From a virus, in IMG/VR virus record IMGVR_UViG_3300030330_005386, positions 1 through 38,904 of that record: a DNA stretch of 38,904 nt; one strand, given 5' to 3'. Of this stretch, positions 19,013 to 27,530 are shown piece by piece (positions within the stretch are counted from its first letter, which is position 1; each line of letters opens with the position of its first letter). The notes under the pieces were generated by a model, which saw only the letters and a list, made by a program, of their open reading frames with translations, had not been told where the DNA came from and made no database searches. A program made the position numbers and the translations under genes.

Positions 19013-20967
19013 TATGCTGATACTTCTACTGGTTGAATCGCTATAACAACTTCTCTAGATTTAATCATACCTTGACTACCATATGTAGTGGGGCCATCTA
19101 AACCATCAGACATATTTCTATTTACACTCGCTACTATAGACGGTTTTGATACACTACTCTGCGATCCAAATTGTCTTTGAATTACTTCAAGTTGTTTTAA
19201 TTCTTCTGAAGAATAATCTCCAGGAATCAACATTCCAGGTTCGATTTGCTGATCTGGTTTTGAATCAACAACAGTTGGAATTTCTGGTTTAATTTTAGGA
19301 GAAATAACTTTTGGTTTCTCAGATCCAATTTTTCCTAGACTGAAAATATTGATATATTTTAATATTGCATTTGCCATATCTCTTTTTCTTTGCCCAATAC
19401 CAAAAATATCGTTTGATGATTTTGAATCTCTCTCAAGTTTTTTAAGAACTTTTTTTCTTTTATCTTCAGGAAGTTTAATAATTTTTGTAGCAGTCAATTG
19501 AGCAATTCTATCAGGATCAATCAAACCAAGATATGCTAGGAGTTCAAAATCTTCATTATAAGGAAGAATCGAACTAATATATTTTCCTAATAATTTTGCA
19601 CCTACATCAAGTCCCACTCCAATCCCAAATGAACCAAGATTTTTTAAGAAGTTTTTGGGACTAAGTAGTTGCTCTTTAAGAACTTTACCTGCATCAAATC
19701 TAAAATCCAATCCTTTTGTTAGAGTTTGAAGTCTCTTTGCATTTACATCAAAAGTTCTTTGTAACTTTCTGCTCAACACTTGTAAATTTTGAGGAATTGT
19801 GAGAGGTTGTTGAGCAGGAGGAATCGTAGGTGCGCGGAACCCTGGGCCTCTTAAAATTCCCTCTGGAGTTCTGTTTACTGGTTTTGGAAATGCTTGTGAT
19901 GCATCAGGAACATTGAATACTCTATCTGCTAAACCTTTTTTCTTTAAAATTTCATAAGCAGCCTTTCTTTCATTAAAAGATTCACCTTCAATATCATTCA
20001 CAATTTTAAGGAGATCGCTATTGCTAAATCCTAACTTTTTATATGTCTTAATTAAATTAGCGATATCACTACCAATCGCTTTACCAAGTAGTTGAGTAGG
20101 GGTATCAGGAATGAATTGTTTTGGCCCAATTGGTTTACTATATTGCTGTTTGTCTATTTTAATCTTTGATTTTCCCTCAAGCACATCATTAATCGCTTTA
20201 TTGATGTCATCAAAGGGCATTCCTCCTCTTCCTGGCACTCCCTTTCCAGCACCAACACTTACCCTCTGAGGTTGTGCTTGTTTCAGTACCCTAGGTTCTG
20301 CTGCCTTTGCTCTTTCTGCCGCTCTTACTTTGAAACGTGTTGGTTTAAAAACTCTTTTAATTATAGGTTGCTCAGCAGGTGTCTTGACAGGAGTTTTAAC
20401 AGCAGATGCTTTTGCTGGTGGTGCCCCTCCAGGCGGTGTTGGTTTTGGCCTTTGTAAACCCACCATTCTATATCCAAGGGCAAGTATGCCCATCATAACA
20501 GTGTCAAGAGTATCACTTAATTCATTGTACGGATTCATATTAATTACGAAATCCGAAATATCTTCAAAAGTTTCTTTAATATCAGTCGCCAATTCAACTA
20601 TATCTTCCCAAAGAGGAACTAGTACCTCATCAAAAAATTTCTTTGCTCGAGCTGCAAATTCTTTTATCTTTTCAATAATATTTTTTGCAAAGGCAGCAAT
20701 CTTGTCAAGATTTTTTACAAAGACACCAAGAAGAGTAAATCCAGCGAAACGGATCACGGTGTCTAAAATATTGCCACCAGGTTTTATTTTTTCTACTGCT
20801 TTGGCACCAACAGAACTGAAAAATTTTTTACTTTCAATTCTTGCTTCTCTTAATTCTTTATTTGCTGCTTGATCTTTTTTCTTTTTGTCACTAAATCTTT
20901 TGCTTCTAATAGCAAAATTTTTCTTATATGTATCAACAACCGATGTGAACTCAGTGAGTTTTATCAT
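19012..20967 (-). CDS. Tape-measure/gp29-like protein, paralogue B (651 aa)
   Basis: The basic N-terminus and hydrophobic segment ILDTVIRFAGFTLLGVFVKN parallel IFDTILRFLGFTVLGQLVKF of the adjacent 654-aa ORF. A long Pro/Lys/Ala-rich region follows. Confidence 0.55.
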   Translation of the reverse strand: MIKLTEFTSVVDTYKKNFAIRSKRFSDKKKKDQAANKELREARIESKKFFSSVGAKAVEKIKPGGNILDTVIRFAGFTLLGVFVKNLDKIAAFAKNIIEKIKEFAARAKKFFDEVLVPLWEDIVELATDIKETFEDISDFVINMNPYNELSDTLDTVMMGILALGYRMVGLQRPKPTPPGGAPPAKASAVKTPVKTPAEQPIIKRVFKPTRFKVRAAERAKAAEPRVLKQAQPQRVSVGAGKGVPGRGGMPFDDINKAINDVLEGKSKIKIDKQQYSKPIGPKQFIPDTPTQLLGKAIGSDIANLIKTYKKLGFSNSDLLKIVNDIEGESFNERKAAYEILKKKGLADRVFNVPDASQAFPKPVNRTPEGILRGPGFRAPTIPPAQQPLTIPQNLQVLSRKLQRTFDVNAKRLQTLTKGLDFRFDAGKVLKEQLLSPKNFLKNLGSFGIGVGLDVGAKLLGKYISSILPYNEDFELLAYLGLIDPDRIAQLTATKIIKLPEDKRKKVLKKLERDSKSSNDIFGIGQRKRDMANAILKYINIFSLGKIGSEKPKVISPKIKPEIPTVVDSKPDQQIEPGMLIPGDYSSEELKQLEVIQRQFGSQSSVSKPSIVASVNRNMSDGLDGPTTYGSQGMIKSREVVIAIQPVEVSA

Positions 20968-22928
20968 GATACTAAGTCCTCAATACCCAATGCTTTACCT
21001 ACCAGTCCTCTCATCTTGACACCAGAGGAAATTTTGAAAGTGGGAATATCATTATCTACCTGAGTGCTCGGTTGTTGTGCCGTTTGTTTCACTGCAGGCA
21101 AAACAATAATCTTAGATGAAGTAGGAGCGTTAGGTGTATCAATTCCAAGAAATTGTCGAATAGGTTTAAAAATAAAATCAAGATCAACTCCACTAAAGCG
21201 GTTATCTTCTTTCCTATTTGCAATCATTAGATCTATCAGATCCTTCCTTACTGCCTGTGCCCTATCATTAGAGTCAAAACCAGGACCCATACTTTCACCA
21301 ACACTATATGATGGTATGACATCATCCTTATTAGAAGCAGTTTCTAATTTAGTATCGTCTTCTTTTTTTGTAATTTTGCTACCCAAGTATTTTAATTCCT
21401 GAGGTAAAAATTCATTATAGTATTGTCCCCTTTGTTGTATATGATTATACCCACCATTAATAGATTTTGTGACTGCTCTAAGATCTCCTCTCGCTAATGC
21501 ACCTTTGTCAACATTCTCTTCCATAAAAGCAAAGGATGCCCTTGCTCCTATTTCTGGATCAAGCAGTAAATCGGGGTTATTTACTAAGTCTACACCAATC
21601 TTATTTCCAAAATGTCTATAGTTATCTTTACCAGTTAGTTGAATAAATCCTCTGCCTCTATACTTATATCCCTCACCTTCATTACCCATATAAGGCCCGT
21701 ACATGTAGTCAAAGAATGCTTTATCATTCATTTTTAACTTATTCAGTTCATCATCAGACATATCAATCTTTGGCCCATTAGGTGGTCCAAATATTGATCT
21801 GATGTGAGCTGCAGAACTTTGTGAGTGTCCTCGTTCAGCGACATTTTGGAAACCACTTTCTGCTTTAAATTGAGCAAGATACATTGCTCTTGTTTTTGCA
21901 TCGGTGATTCCTCTTCTATCCATTTCATCTCTAAGAGCTTGTACTACTCCTCCTCCACTATAACCGGAAACTAATCCAAACTTAGGACGATTAGTTCCAC
22001 CACCCGCTTTATTCATGGCCATCATGGTGTCTGCACCAAACATATTGACGGCACCACGACTCATGACAAACTCACCTGGTGTCAACATCGCTGGAACTGT
22101 ATCAGTTCCCATAGGCATCATCAATCCCCCCGCTGCAAACATTGGAATTAACATAGGAATTCCACCGGGGCCAGTTCTAGGTAAAGGAACAGTCTGTCCA
22201 GGCGTGTTGAACGTGCCAGGACTAGATGGTAGTCCTTTCTGTTGTTCAGGGGTGGCAAAATACTGTCCAAGAAATGGGAATCTCACTAACAAATTTTTAA
22301 AGTCCTCTAAAAACTTTTTAACTTGATCTACAGTACCTCTAAACCAATCAATAACTCCCTGAATCTTTTCTCTTGCCTCACGTAATTTTTCAGGAATTGA
22401 TCTAATAAAATTCTGAGCATCTTCTATATATTTTTTATTTTTAGGATTACCAAGAAATTCTGCAACAAACTTTACTAATTGTCCCAAAACGGTAAATCCT
22501 AAAAATCTTAAAATAGTGTCAAAAATATCTTGAATTTTTTTAACTGATTTTTTGATAACACCAGAATTGGCAAATAGTTTTTTACCTTCAATTCTTTTTT
22601 CTCTTTTTTCGCGCTTTACCTTAGCGTCTTTTTTTCTATCATAATCTTGTTCTTTCTTTTCTAATTCATTATCTGCCTTAATGACAGTAATAAGTTCATC
22701 AAGTTTTTCAATTAACTCTTTACTGGTATCCTCATCTTTAGGAATAAGTTTATATGGCTCAATCTTGACAACAACAGGAGGAGCACTAGGCAATCCAGGT
22801 GCTTGATATCTTTGCCCCTTCAAAGGGTTTGTAAAAGTTTTTCTTTTCAAAAACTTTTCAGTATCTATCTTCGCTCCTTTAGAGTCATCTTCTTCTCTGA
22901 TTGACTTTAAAAGATCGTCTAGATTCAT
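20964..22928 (-). CDS. Tape-measure/gp29-like protein with a C-terminal GH19-type peptidoglycan hydrolase domain (654 aa)
   Basis: It has an N-terminal coiled-coil/basic region and a hydrophobic segment. The tape-measure motif is VPAMLTPGEFVMSRGAV. The GH19-like block is AQFKAESGF...YKYRGRGFIQLTGKDNY...SINGG, at roughly 21405..21941. Confidence 0.7.
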   Translation of the reverse strand: MNLDDLLKSIREEDDSKGAKIDTEKFLKRKTFTNPLKGQRYQAPGLPSAPPVVVKIEPYKLIPKDEDTSKELIEKLDELITVIKADNELEKKEQDYDRKKDAKVKREKREKRIEGKKLFANSGVIKKSVKKIQDIFDTILRFLGFTVLGQLVKFVAEFLGNPKNKKYIEDAQNFIRSIPEKLREAREKIQGVIDWFRGTVDQVKKFLEDFKNLLVRFPFLGQYFATPEQQKGLPSSPGTFNTPGQTVPLPRTGPGGIPMLIPMFAAGGLMMPMGTDTVPAMLTPGEFVMSRGAVNMFGADTMMAMNKAGGGTNRPKFGLVSGYSGGGVVQALRDEMDRRGITDAKTRAMYLAQFKAESGFQNVAERGHSQSSAAHIRSIFGPPNGPKIDMSDDELNKLKMNDKAFFDYMYGPYMGNEGEGYKYRGRGFIQLTGKDNYRHFGNKIGVDLVNNPDLLLDPEIGARASFAFMEENVDKGALARGDLRAVTKSINGGYNHIQQRGQYYNEFLPQELKYLGSKITKKEDDTKLETASNKDDVIPSYSVGESMGPGFDSNDRAQAVRKDLIDLMIANRKEDNRFSGVDLDFIFKPIRQFLGIDTPNAPTSSKIIVLPAVKQTAQQPSTQVDNDIPTFKISSGVKMRGLVGKALGIEDLVS

Positions 22929-23017
22929 TACCCTTGCTGCTGTTGCATCTTAAGTTTCTCTTCTTCCAAATGAGATCTTAGGAGTTCAACATAAACGTCT
23001 CTCTCCCAAGGCATCAT
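22928..23017 (-). CDS. Possible 29-aa ORF coupled to the 654-aa gene
   Basis: ATGATG at 23017 translates MMPWERDVYVELLRSHLEEEKLKMQQQQG. Its TAA overlaps the downstream ATG (TAATG). CATAAATA lies 22 nt upstream. It is too short for the track. Confidence 0.3.
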   Translation of the reverse strand: MMPWERDVYVELLRSHLEEEKLKMQQQQG

Positions 23018-23039
23018 GTTTTCTATCTCTGTTAATGAG

Positions 23040-23047
23040 TATTTATG
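23040..23047 (-). promoter_or_regulatory. Late-promoter-like motif CATAAATA
   Basis: Minus-strand CATAAATA in the 178-nt gap between the gp26-like gene and the 654-aa gene. Confidence 0.35.
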
Positions 23048-23106
23048 GAACTGAATCAAAGAAAAATTTAACTTATAGTAACTCTCCAAATTCATATGGG
23101 AGAGTG

Positions 23107-23826
23107 CTACGCGAAAAAACTTGCCAGTCCCTCCAGAGTTACTTTACTTTTCTTTTTAGTTTTAGGATTAATTACCTGAACTTCATGAGACAGTTTAGGC
23201 ATCGTAGAAAAGAATGACTCAATATCTTTAAACTGAGCAGAGTTCATCTGCTCCAAAAATTCTGTGACTTCTTTTTTTGTAAAGTCATCAGTTGTCCATG
23301 CTTCGTCTGCAGAATATACCTTATCAATACAAGACGCAATCAATTCAAACGACTGATCTACTTGACTATCCTTTGAGAATTCAAAGTTACTCTTAACAAA
23401 TTGATCAAGTGATGGATACTTCATTTCCATCATCAAATTGTCATCAATTTTAATTTGATTGGAGTGATTCTTATCTTTGGTTACCTTGATATCATCAATA
23501 TTAATCTGCACTTCAGCATAAGTCTCTCCATCATCAGGACAAAGGACACTTACCTCAATGTCTTCACCGACAGATTTACCTCGAATATTCAGGAACAGAT
23601 ATTCGATATCAAAAGTAGGAAGAGACTCCACTTTGACACCGCGAGTCTGAATACAATCCTTGAGGACTGCTTTAATAGCATTAGTGATTTCTTTTGAGTC
23701 GTCACTCTCAAGTGCAAGAACTAATAACTTTTCTTCTTTAACAAGGAAAGGACGAAACTTGATTGTTTTTCCAGTCGAAGGCAACTCCAACTCGTAAGTT
23801 GGTGTTGAAATTTTTGGTAAAGGCAT
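23107..23826 (-). CDS. gp26: gp26-like baseplate hub subunit (239 aa)
   Basis: The N-terminus PTYELELPSTGKTIKFRPFLVKEEKLLVLALES matches my recollection of T4-type gp26 N-termini. Its position is ahead of the tape-measure-like genes. Confidence 0.5.
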   Translation of the reverse strand: MPLPKISTPTYELELPSTGKTIKFRPFLVKEEKLLVLALESDDSKEITNAIKAVLKDCIQTRGVKVESLPTFDIEYLFLNIRGKSVGEDIEVSVLCPDDGETYAEVQINIDDIKVTKDKNHSNQIKIDDNLMMEMKYPSLDQFVKSNFEFSKDSQVDQSFELIASCIDKVYSADEAWTTDDFTKKEVTEFLEQMNSAQFKDIESFFSTMPKLSHEVQVINPKTKKKSKVTLEGLASFFA

Positions 23827-23846
23827 GATATGTTATTCAGTATGAG

Positions 23847-23854
23847 TATTTATC
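23847..23854 (-). promoter_or_regulatory. Late-promoter-like motif GATAAATA
   Basis: Minus-strand GATAAATA overlapping the stop codon of ORF 23850..24473, 21 nt upstream of the ATG at 23826. Confidence 0.35.
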
Positions 23855-24473
23855 TCTCTCCGCTAATTATATAGCGTGAGAAGTTAAAGTTTACAGTGCA
23901 AAGAAGTATTTGTGATGCGTCATAATTGACTGGCATCTGATTGATTGAGATAGGATATGCATTGACAAATTTATATTGCAAATCCCTTCCTTTGTAATCT
24001 CTTTCAAATTTTCTAATAAAAATTTCACTCTTATATTCATTAGGAAAGTTTACTCTATAATTGTAACTATCTCTTGCATCTCCTGATCCATCCTCATTTA
24101 CAATAAAAGAAATCCAGTTCTCAAAGAAGTGAATTATATCATACTTTTCATCTACATAAAAAGTGAATGATGAAGTTGTATCATATTGTCTTCTATAAGC
24201 GTGCCTCTCAGTTACACCAGTATGATCATTATCAAGAGTATGAGTTGCTAAAGAACTTCCAGGAAGTGCTGCTTCTCTACAAGATAGAGTTACTTTTTCA
24301 TCTACAGTATAATTATATCCACTACCAAGATCAAATCCTCTTCTTCTATTCATCCAAGAACGAACAGCAGGAGGTGGATTGAAGTGACACTCATATGTTG
24401 AAGTAAGAGAAGGATTCAATATGTTTGCCTTTAAATCAGCAACATTCCTTGCTCTTGGTTTTGGCGTTGCCAT
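23850..24473 (-). CDS. Tail-tube-fold baseplate protein (gp54/gp19-like, 207 aa)
   Basis: The pattern YECHFNPP...VTLSCREAALPGSSLAT...SSFTFYVDE...FENWISFI...FVNAYPISINQMPVNYDASQILLCTVNFNFSRY parallels T4 gp19-family tube proteins (F.C.ATALPG...W...GLWP...TFEVTLALDY). Confidence 0.5.
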   Translation of the reverse strand: MATPKPRARNVADLKANILNPSLTSTYECHFNPPPAVRSWMNRRRGFDLGSGYNYTVDEKVTLSCREAALPGSSLATHTLDNDHTGVTERHAYRRQYDTTSSFTFYVDEKYDIIHFFENWISFIVNEDGSGDARDSYNYRVNFPNEYKSEIFIRKFERDYKGRDLQYKFVNAYPISINQMPVNYDASQILLCTVNFNFSRYIISGER

Positions 24474-24502
24474 CTAAATAGTTTTTACCGTATATATTAT
24501 GT

Positions 24503-24964
24503 ATGGGAGTTAGCAAGAAAAGTATTTACCGTCCCACTAATCCACAGAAATACAAAGGTAATGTAAACAATATAATATGTCGTAGTAACTGGGAGAGACA
24601 GTTCTGCGTGTGGTGTGACAAGACTGATGCTATTCTTGAGTGGGGAAGTGAAGAGTTTTTTATCCCATATCTTTCACCAGTTGACAGGAGAGTTCATCGT
24701 TACTTCCCAGATTTTATTATCAAAGTGAGAGAAAGCAGTGGTGAAGTGAAGACTTATGTTATTGAAGTAAAACCTAAGAGAGAAACTACTCCACCTACTG
24801 TTGGTAGAAAGCAAAGAAAGACATTAATTAGAGAGAGCACAACCTACGCTATCAATCAAGCAAAGTGGAAAGCGGCTCGTGAGTGGTGTGCAGACAGAAG
24901 AATCGAATTCAAGATCATCACCGAAGACGAATTAGGTATCCGAACTTATGGCAAGAAGAGCTAG
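24503..24964 (+). CDS. gp4: gp4 head completion protein (153 aa)
   Basis: YRPTNPQKYKGNVNNIICRSNWERQFCVWCD...EWGSEEFFIPYLSPVDRRVHRYFPDFIIKV...YVIEVKPKRE is a T4 gp4-like sequence with a PD-(D/E)XK-type PDF...E.K core. Confidence 0.7.
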   Translation: MGVSKKSIYRPTNPQKYKGNVNNIICRSNWERQFCVWCDKTDAILEWGSEEFFIPYLSPVDRRVHRYFPDFIIKVRESSGEVKTYVIEVKPKRETTPPTVGRKQRKTLIRESTTYAINQAKWKAAREWCADRRIEFKIITEDELGIRTYGKKS

Positions 24965-25442
24965 ACGTAGAAGATCAGGTGGCCCTTCTTATGAAGAGGT
25001 ATTAGCACAGATTGATGCTAAAGAAGCAGAGAAAAAATTAAAGCGAGAAGAAAAACAATCTGCTGATGAATTTCAATTTGAAGAACAAGTAGGTGACAAT
25101 CGTATCGAACCTGTCAAGGATTCCATAAGAGACATAGGTGATCCTGAGGATATGATGGTTGAAATTATGAGTGTTCTAAATGAAACTGTAATCATTCCTG
25201 ATCCTGGTGAAGTATACACCTATGTCTACAATGCCAAGACACCAAAACTTAAATACGATCAGCACCCTCTAGTTGCTGTGTCTGGTGTGTACCAGTGGGG
25301 GTTCAGTGGACTAAACTTTCACTGGAATGAAGTAAGAAACTACACTTGGAATGAGATACCAGGCAGACTGCACCTTGTTAGAGCGAGTGAACTTCAATCT
25401 CTTCTTGATATACCCTACGCATATTATCTCACCAACCTCTGA
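24948..25442 (+). CDS. gp2: gp2-like DNA end protector (164 aa), assigned mainly by synteny
   Basis: ORF lies between gp4 and gp48, as I recall the order in T4-like cyanophages. It has a basic N-terminus and a conserved-looking YDQHPLVAVSGVYQWGFSGLNFHWNE block. It overlaps gp4 by 17 nt. Confidence 0.4.
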   Translation: MARRARRRRSGGPSYEEVLAQIDAKEAEKKLKREEKQSADEFQFEEQVGDNRIEPVKDSIRDIGDPEDMMVEIMSVLNETVIIPDPGEVYTYVYNAKTPKLKYDQHPLVAVSGVYQWGFSGLNFHWNEVRNYTWNEIPGRLHLVRASELQSLLDIPYAYYLTNL

Positions 25443-25448
25443 TAAATA
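25441..25448 (+). promoter_or_regulatory. Late-promoter-like motif GATAAATA
   Basis: Plus-strand GATAAATA overlapping the stop of the upstream ORF, 19 nt before the ATG at 25468. Confidence 0.35.
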
Positions 25449-25467
25449 GAAAAAAGTTCTGACTATA

Positions 25468-26862
25468 ATGTCTGCACAAGAAGCTACGAGTGAAATTACA
25501 ATAAAAAATGTAGACGGTTCTGATAGTCAATTTAGAACTATTACTACGCATGAAAATGGAAAGATAGAAAAAACCGTTATTCAACAATCTATTAGTGAGG
25601 ATGAATATAACAAATTAGATAGTAAATTACAAGGTGGATCGTCTAATGGTGTCTTTTTTCAAAAAATAAGGACAGATGTTCGAGATGGCGCACGAACATA
25701 CACACCTAATGCATCTAGAGCAGTTCAAAAATTATTAGAGGATCCAAAAACAAAATTTAAAAGAACATTAGATGAAGCATCAGTTGAGGCTGTTCAATTA
25801 CAAGATCCAAATTTAAAAACCTATGCTTTATATGCTCAATATCCCAGTCTTGAAAATATTGCATTAGATCCAGACACTCTAACCCCATCGGGAAGTGGAG
25901 ATGCTCCTGTCGGTGAGGGATTTGGTGCAGAAAATACAAACTTTCAATTAGAATCTTTTGAAGTTGCTGCCAAAAACAGAAAAGATAATTATGGAAATTT
26001 ATATTATCCAGAAGACATTACAACAAATAAACAAGATAGAGTTGTTTTTAAAATGTTCTACCAGTCAGGTAGAGATTTAAATTTTTCTCTAGAGAGAGGT
26101 GATAATCTCTTCACTTTTGGAGAGAGAAAAATATCTAACACTCTTGGAACCGTTACACTTCCTATTCAAAGTGGAATTCGAGACGAAAATTCAGTCTCAT
26201 ATCAAGAAGGAACCTTGAACCCCGTTATCGGTGCTCTTGCGTCTGTTTCATTAGATCCCGTTACAGCATTCTCACAAGCTGCATCTCTTCTTAATAAAGA
26301 TGTTGATGAAATACAAGATGCTCTCAATACTCCTGCATCTCAAAATGTAATTAATGTGTTAAGAACATATCTTGCACAAAGTGCGGTTGGAGCAGAAGGA
26401 TTGATACCCAGAACAACAGGAGCAATTCTTAATCCAAATATAGAGTTGTTACTTAAAGCACCAAACTTAAGATCATTTACATTTAATTTTAGAATGAGTG
26501 CCAGAAGTAGAACAGAGGCACAACAAATTAGGAAGATTATCAGATTCTTTAAACAGGGAATGAGTGTTAAGAGATCTACTTCTTCTCTCTTTATACTAAC
26601 TCCCAATCTGTTTAATATTCAATACCTTGCTGCAGGGGAAGGGAACATTTTAAGAGATCATCCATCTATTGGTAAAATTAAAAATTGTGCTCTGACTGCG
26701 ATAAATACACAATATACTCCTGATGGAACTTATATGACATTTGATGACGAAGCAAGATCAATGACTTCGTATAACATTCAAATGCAGTTTAAGGAATTAG
26801 AACCCTTGACTGAAACTGATTACGCTGAAACAGCAGCAAGAGAAGACTCAATAGGTTACTAA
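25468..26862 (+). CDS. gp48: gp48-like baseplate tail-tube cap protein (464 aa)
   Basis: Position is immediately upstream of gp53. The C-terminal tube-fold-like pattern is SFTFNFRMSARSRTEAQQIRKIIRFFKQGM...NCALTAINTQYTPDGTYMTF...YNIQMQFKELEPL. Confidence 0.55.
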   Translation: MSAQEATSEITIKNVDGSDSQFRTITTHENGKIEKTVIQQSISEDEYNKLDSKLQGGSSNGVFFQKIRTDVRDGARTYTPNASRAVQKLLEDPKTKFKRTLDEASVEAVQLQDPNLKTYALYAQYPSLENIALDPDTLTPSGSGDAPVGEGFGAENTNFQLESFEVAAKNRKDNYGNLYYPEDITTNKQDRVVFKMFYQSGRDLNFSLERGDNLFTFGERKISNTLGTVTLPIQSGIRDENSVSYQEGTLNPVIGALASVSLDPVTAFSQAASLLNKDVDEIQDALNTPASQNVINVLRTYLAQSAVGAEGLIPRTTGAILNPNIELLLKAPNLRSFTFNFRMSARSRTEAQQIRKIIRFFKQGMSVKRSTSSLFILTPNLFNIQYLAAGEGNILRDHPSIGKIKNCALTAINTQYTPDGTYMTFDDEARSMTSYNIQMQFKELEPLTETDYAETAAREDSIGY

Positions 26863-27530
26863 TGGCAAGTTATTTTAGGCAAGTCCCAGACTTTGATTAT
26901 GTCAACAGAGATTCTGATGGCAAAAGTATTGGTGACTATCAGGTTGTAAAAAACCTTTTCAAGAGAGTCAAGATCCGTCAGGATATCCTTGAGAACTTAG
27001 CATACTTTACTCAATACAAAATCACAGGCGATGATCGTCCTGATAATGTTGCCTTTGAAATTTATGGCGATGAATCTTTTGATTGGTTAGTGCTTCTCTC
27101 CAACAATATAATGAGCGTTCAGACAGAATGGCCTTTGAGTCAAGCAGCATTCAATGACTTTCTAATTAAAAAATATGGAAGTATTGAAAAGACTAATAAC
27201 ATTCATCACTATGAAACAAGAGAACTTAAAAATGACAGAGGTGAGATTGTCGTTCGTAAAGGTTTGAATGTTCCTAAGAATTACAAAGTAGAATACTTTG
27301 ATACAAGAAAAAATCAATATGTTGTTAGAACGAATGAAGTTGATGCAGTCACACACTACACCTATGAAGTTCGTAGGGAAGAGGCAAAGAGAAATATTTA
27401 CTTACTGAAGGCAGATTATATTGAACTAGTATTAGATGATGTACAAAGGTTGATGCCATATAAAAAAGGTTCTGCTCAGTATGTGAACAGAACCCTGAAA
27501 AAAGGTGAAGATATTAGATTGTTTAATTAA
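26862..27530 (+). CDS. gp53: gp53 baseplate wedge protein (222 aa)
   Basis: YKITGDDRPDNVAFEIYGDESFDWLVLLSNN aligns with T4 gp53 YYIKGSPRPEELANAIYGNPQLYWVLLMCND. It has a TAATG overlap with gp48. Confidence 0.7.
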   Translation: MASYFRQVPDFDYVNRDSDGKSIGDYQVVKNLFKRVKIRQDILENLAYFTQYKITGDDRPDNVAFEIYGDESFDWLVLLSNNIMSVQTEWPLSQAAFNDFLIKKYGSIEKTNNIHHYETRELKNDRGEIVVRKGLNVPKNYKVEYFDTRKNQYVVRTNEVDAVTHYTYEVRREEAKRNIYLLKADYIELVLDDVQRLMPYKKGSAQYVNRTLKKGEDIRLFN

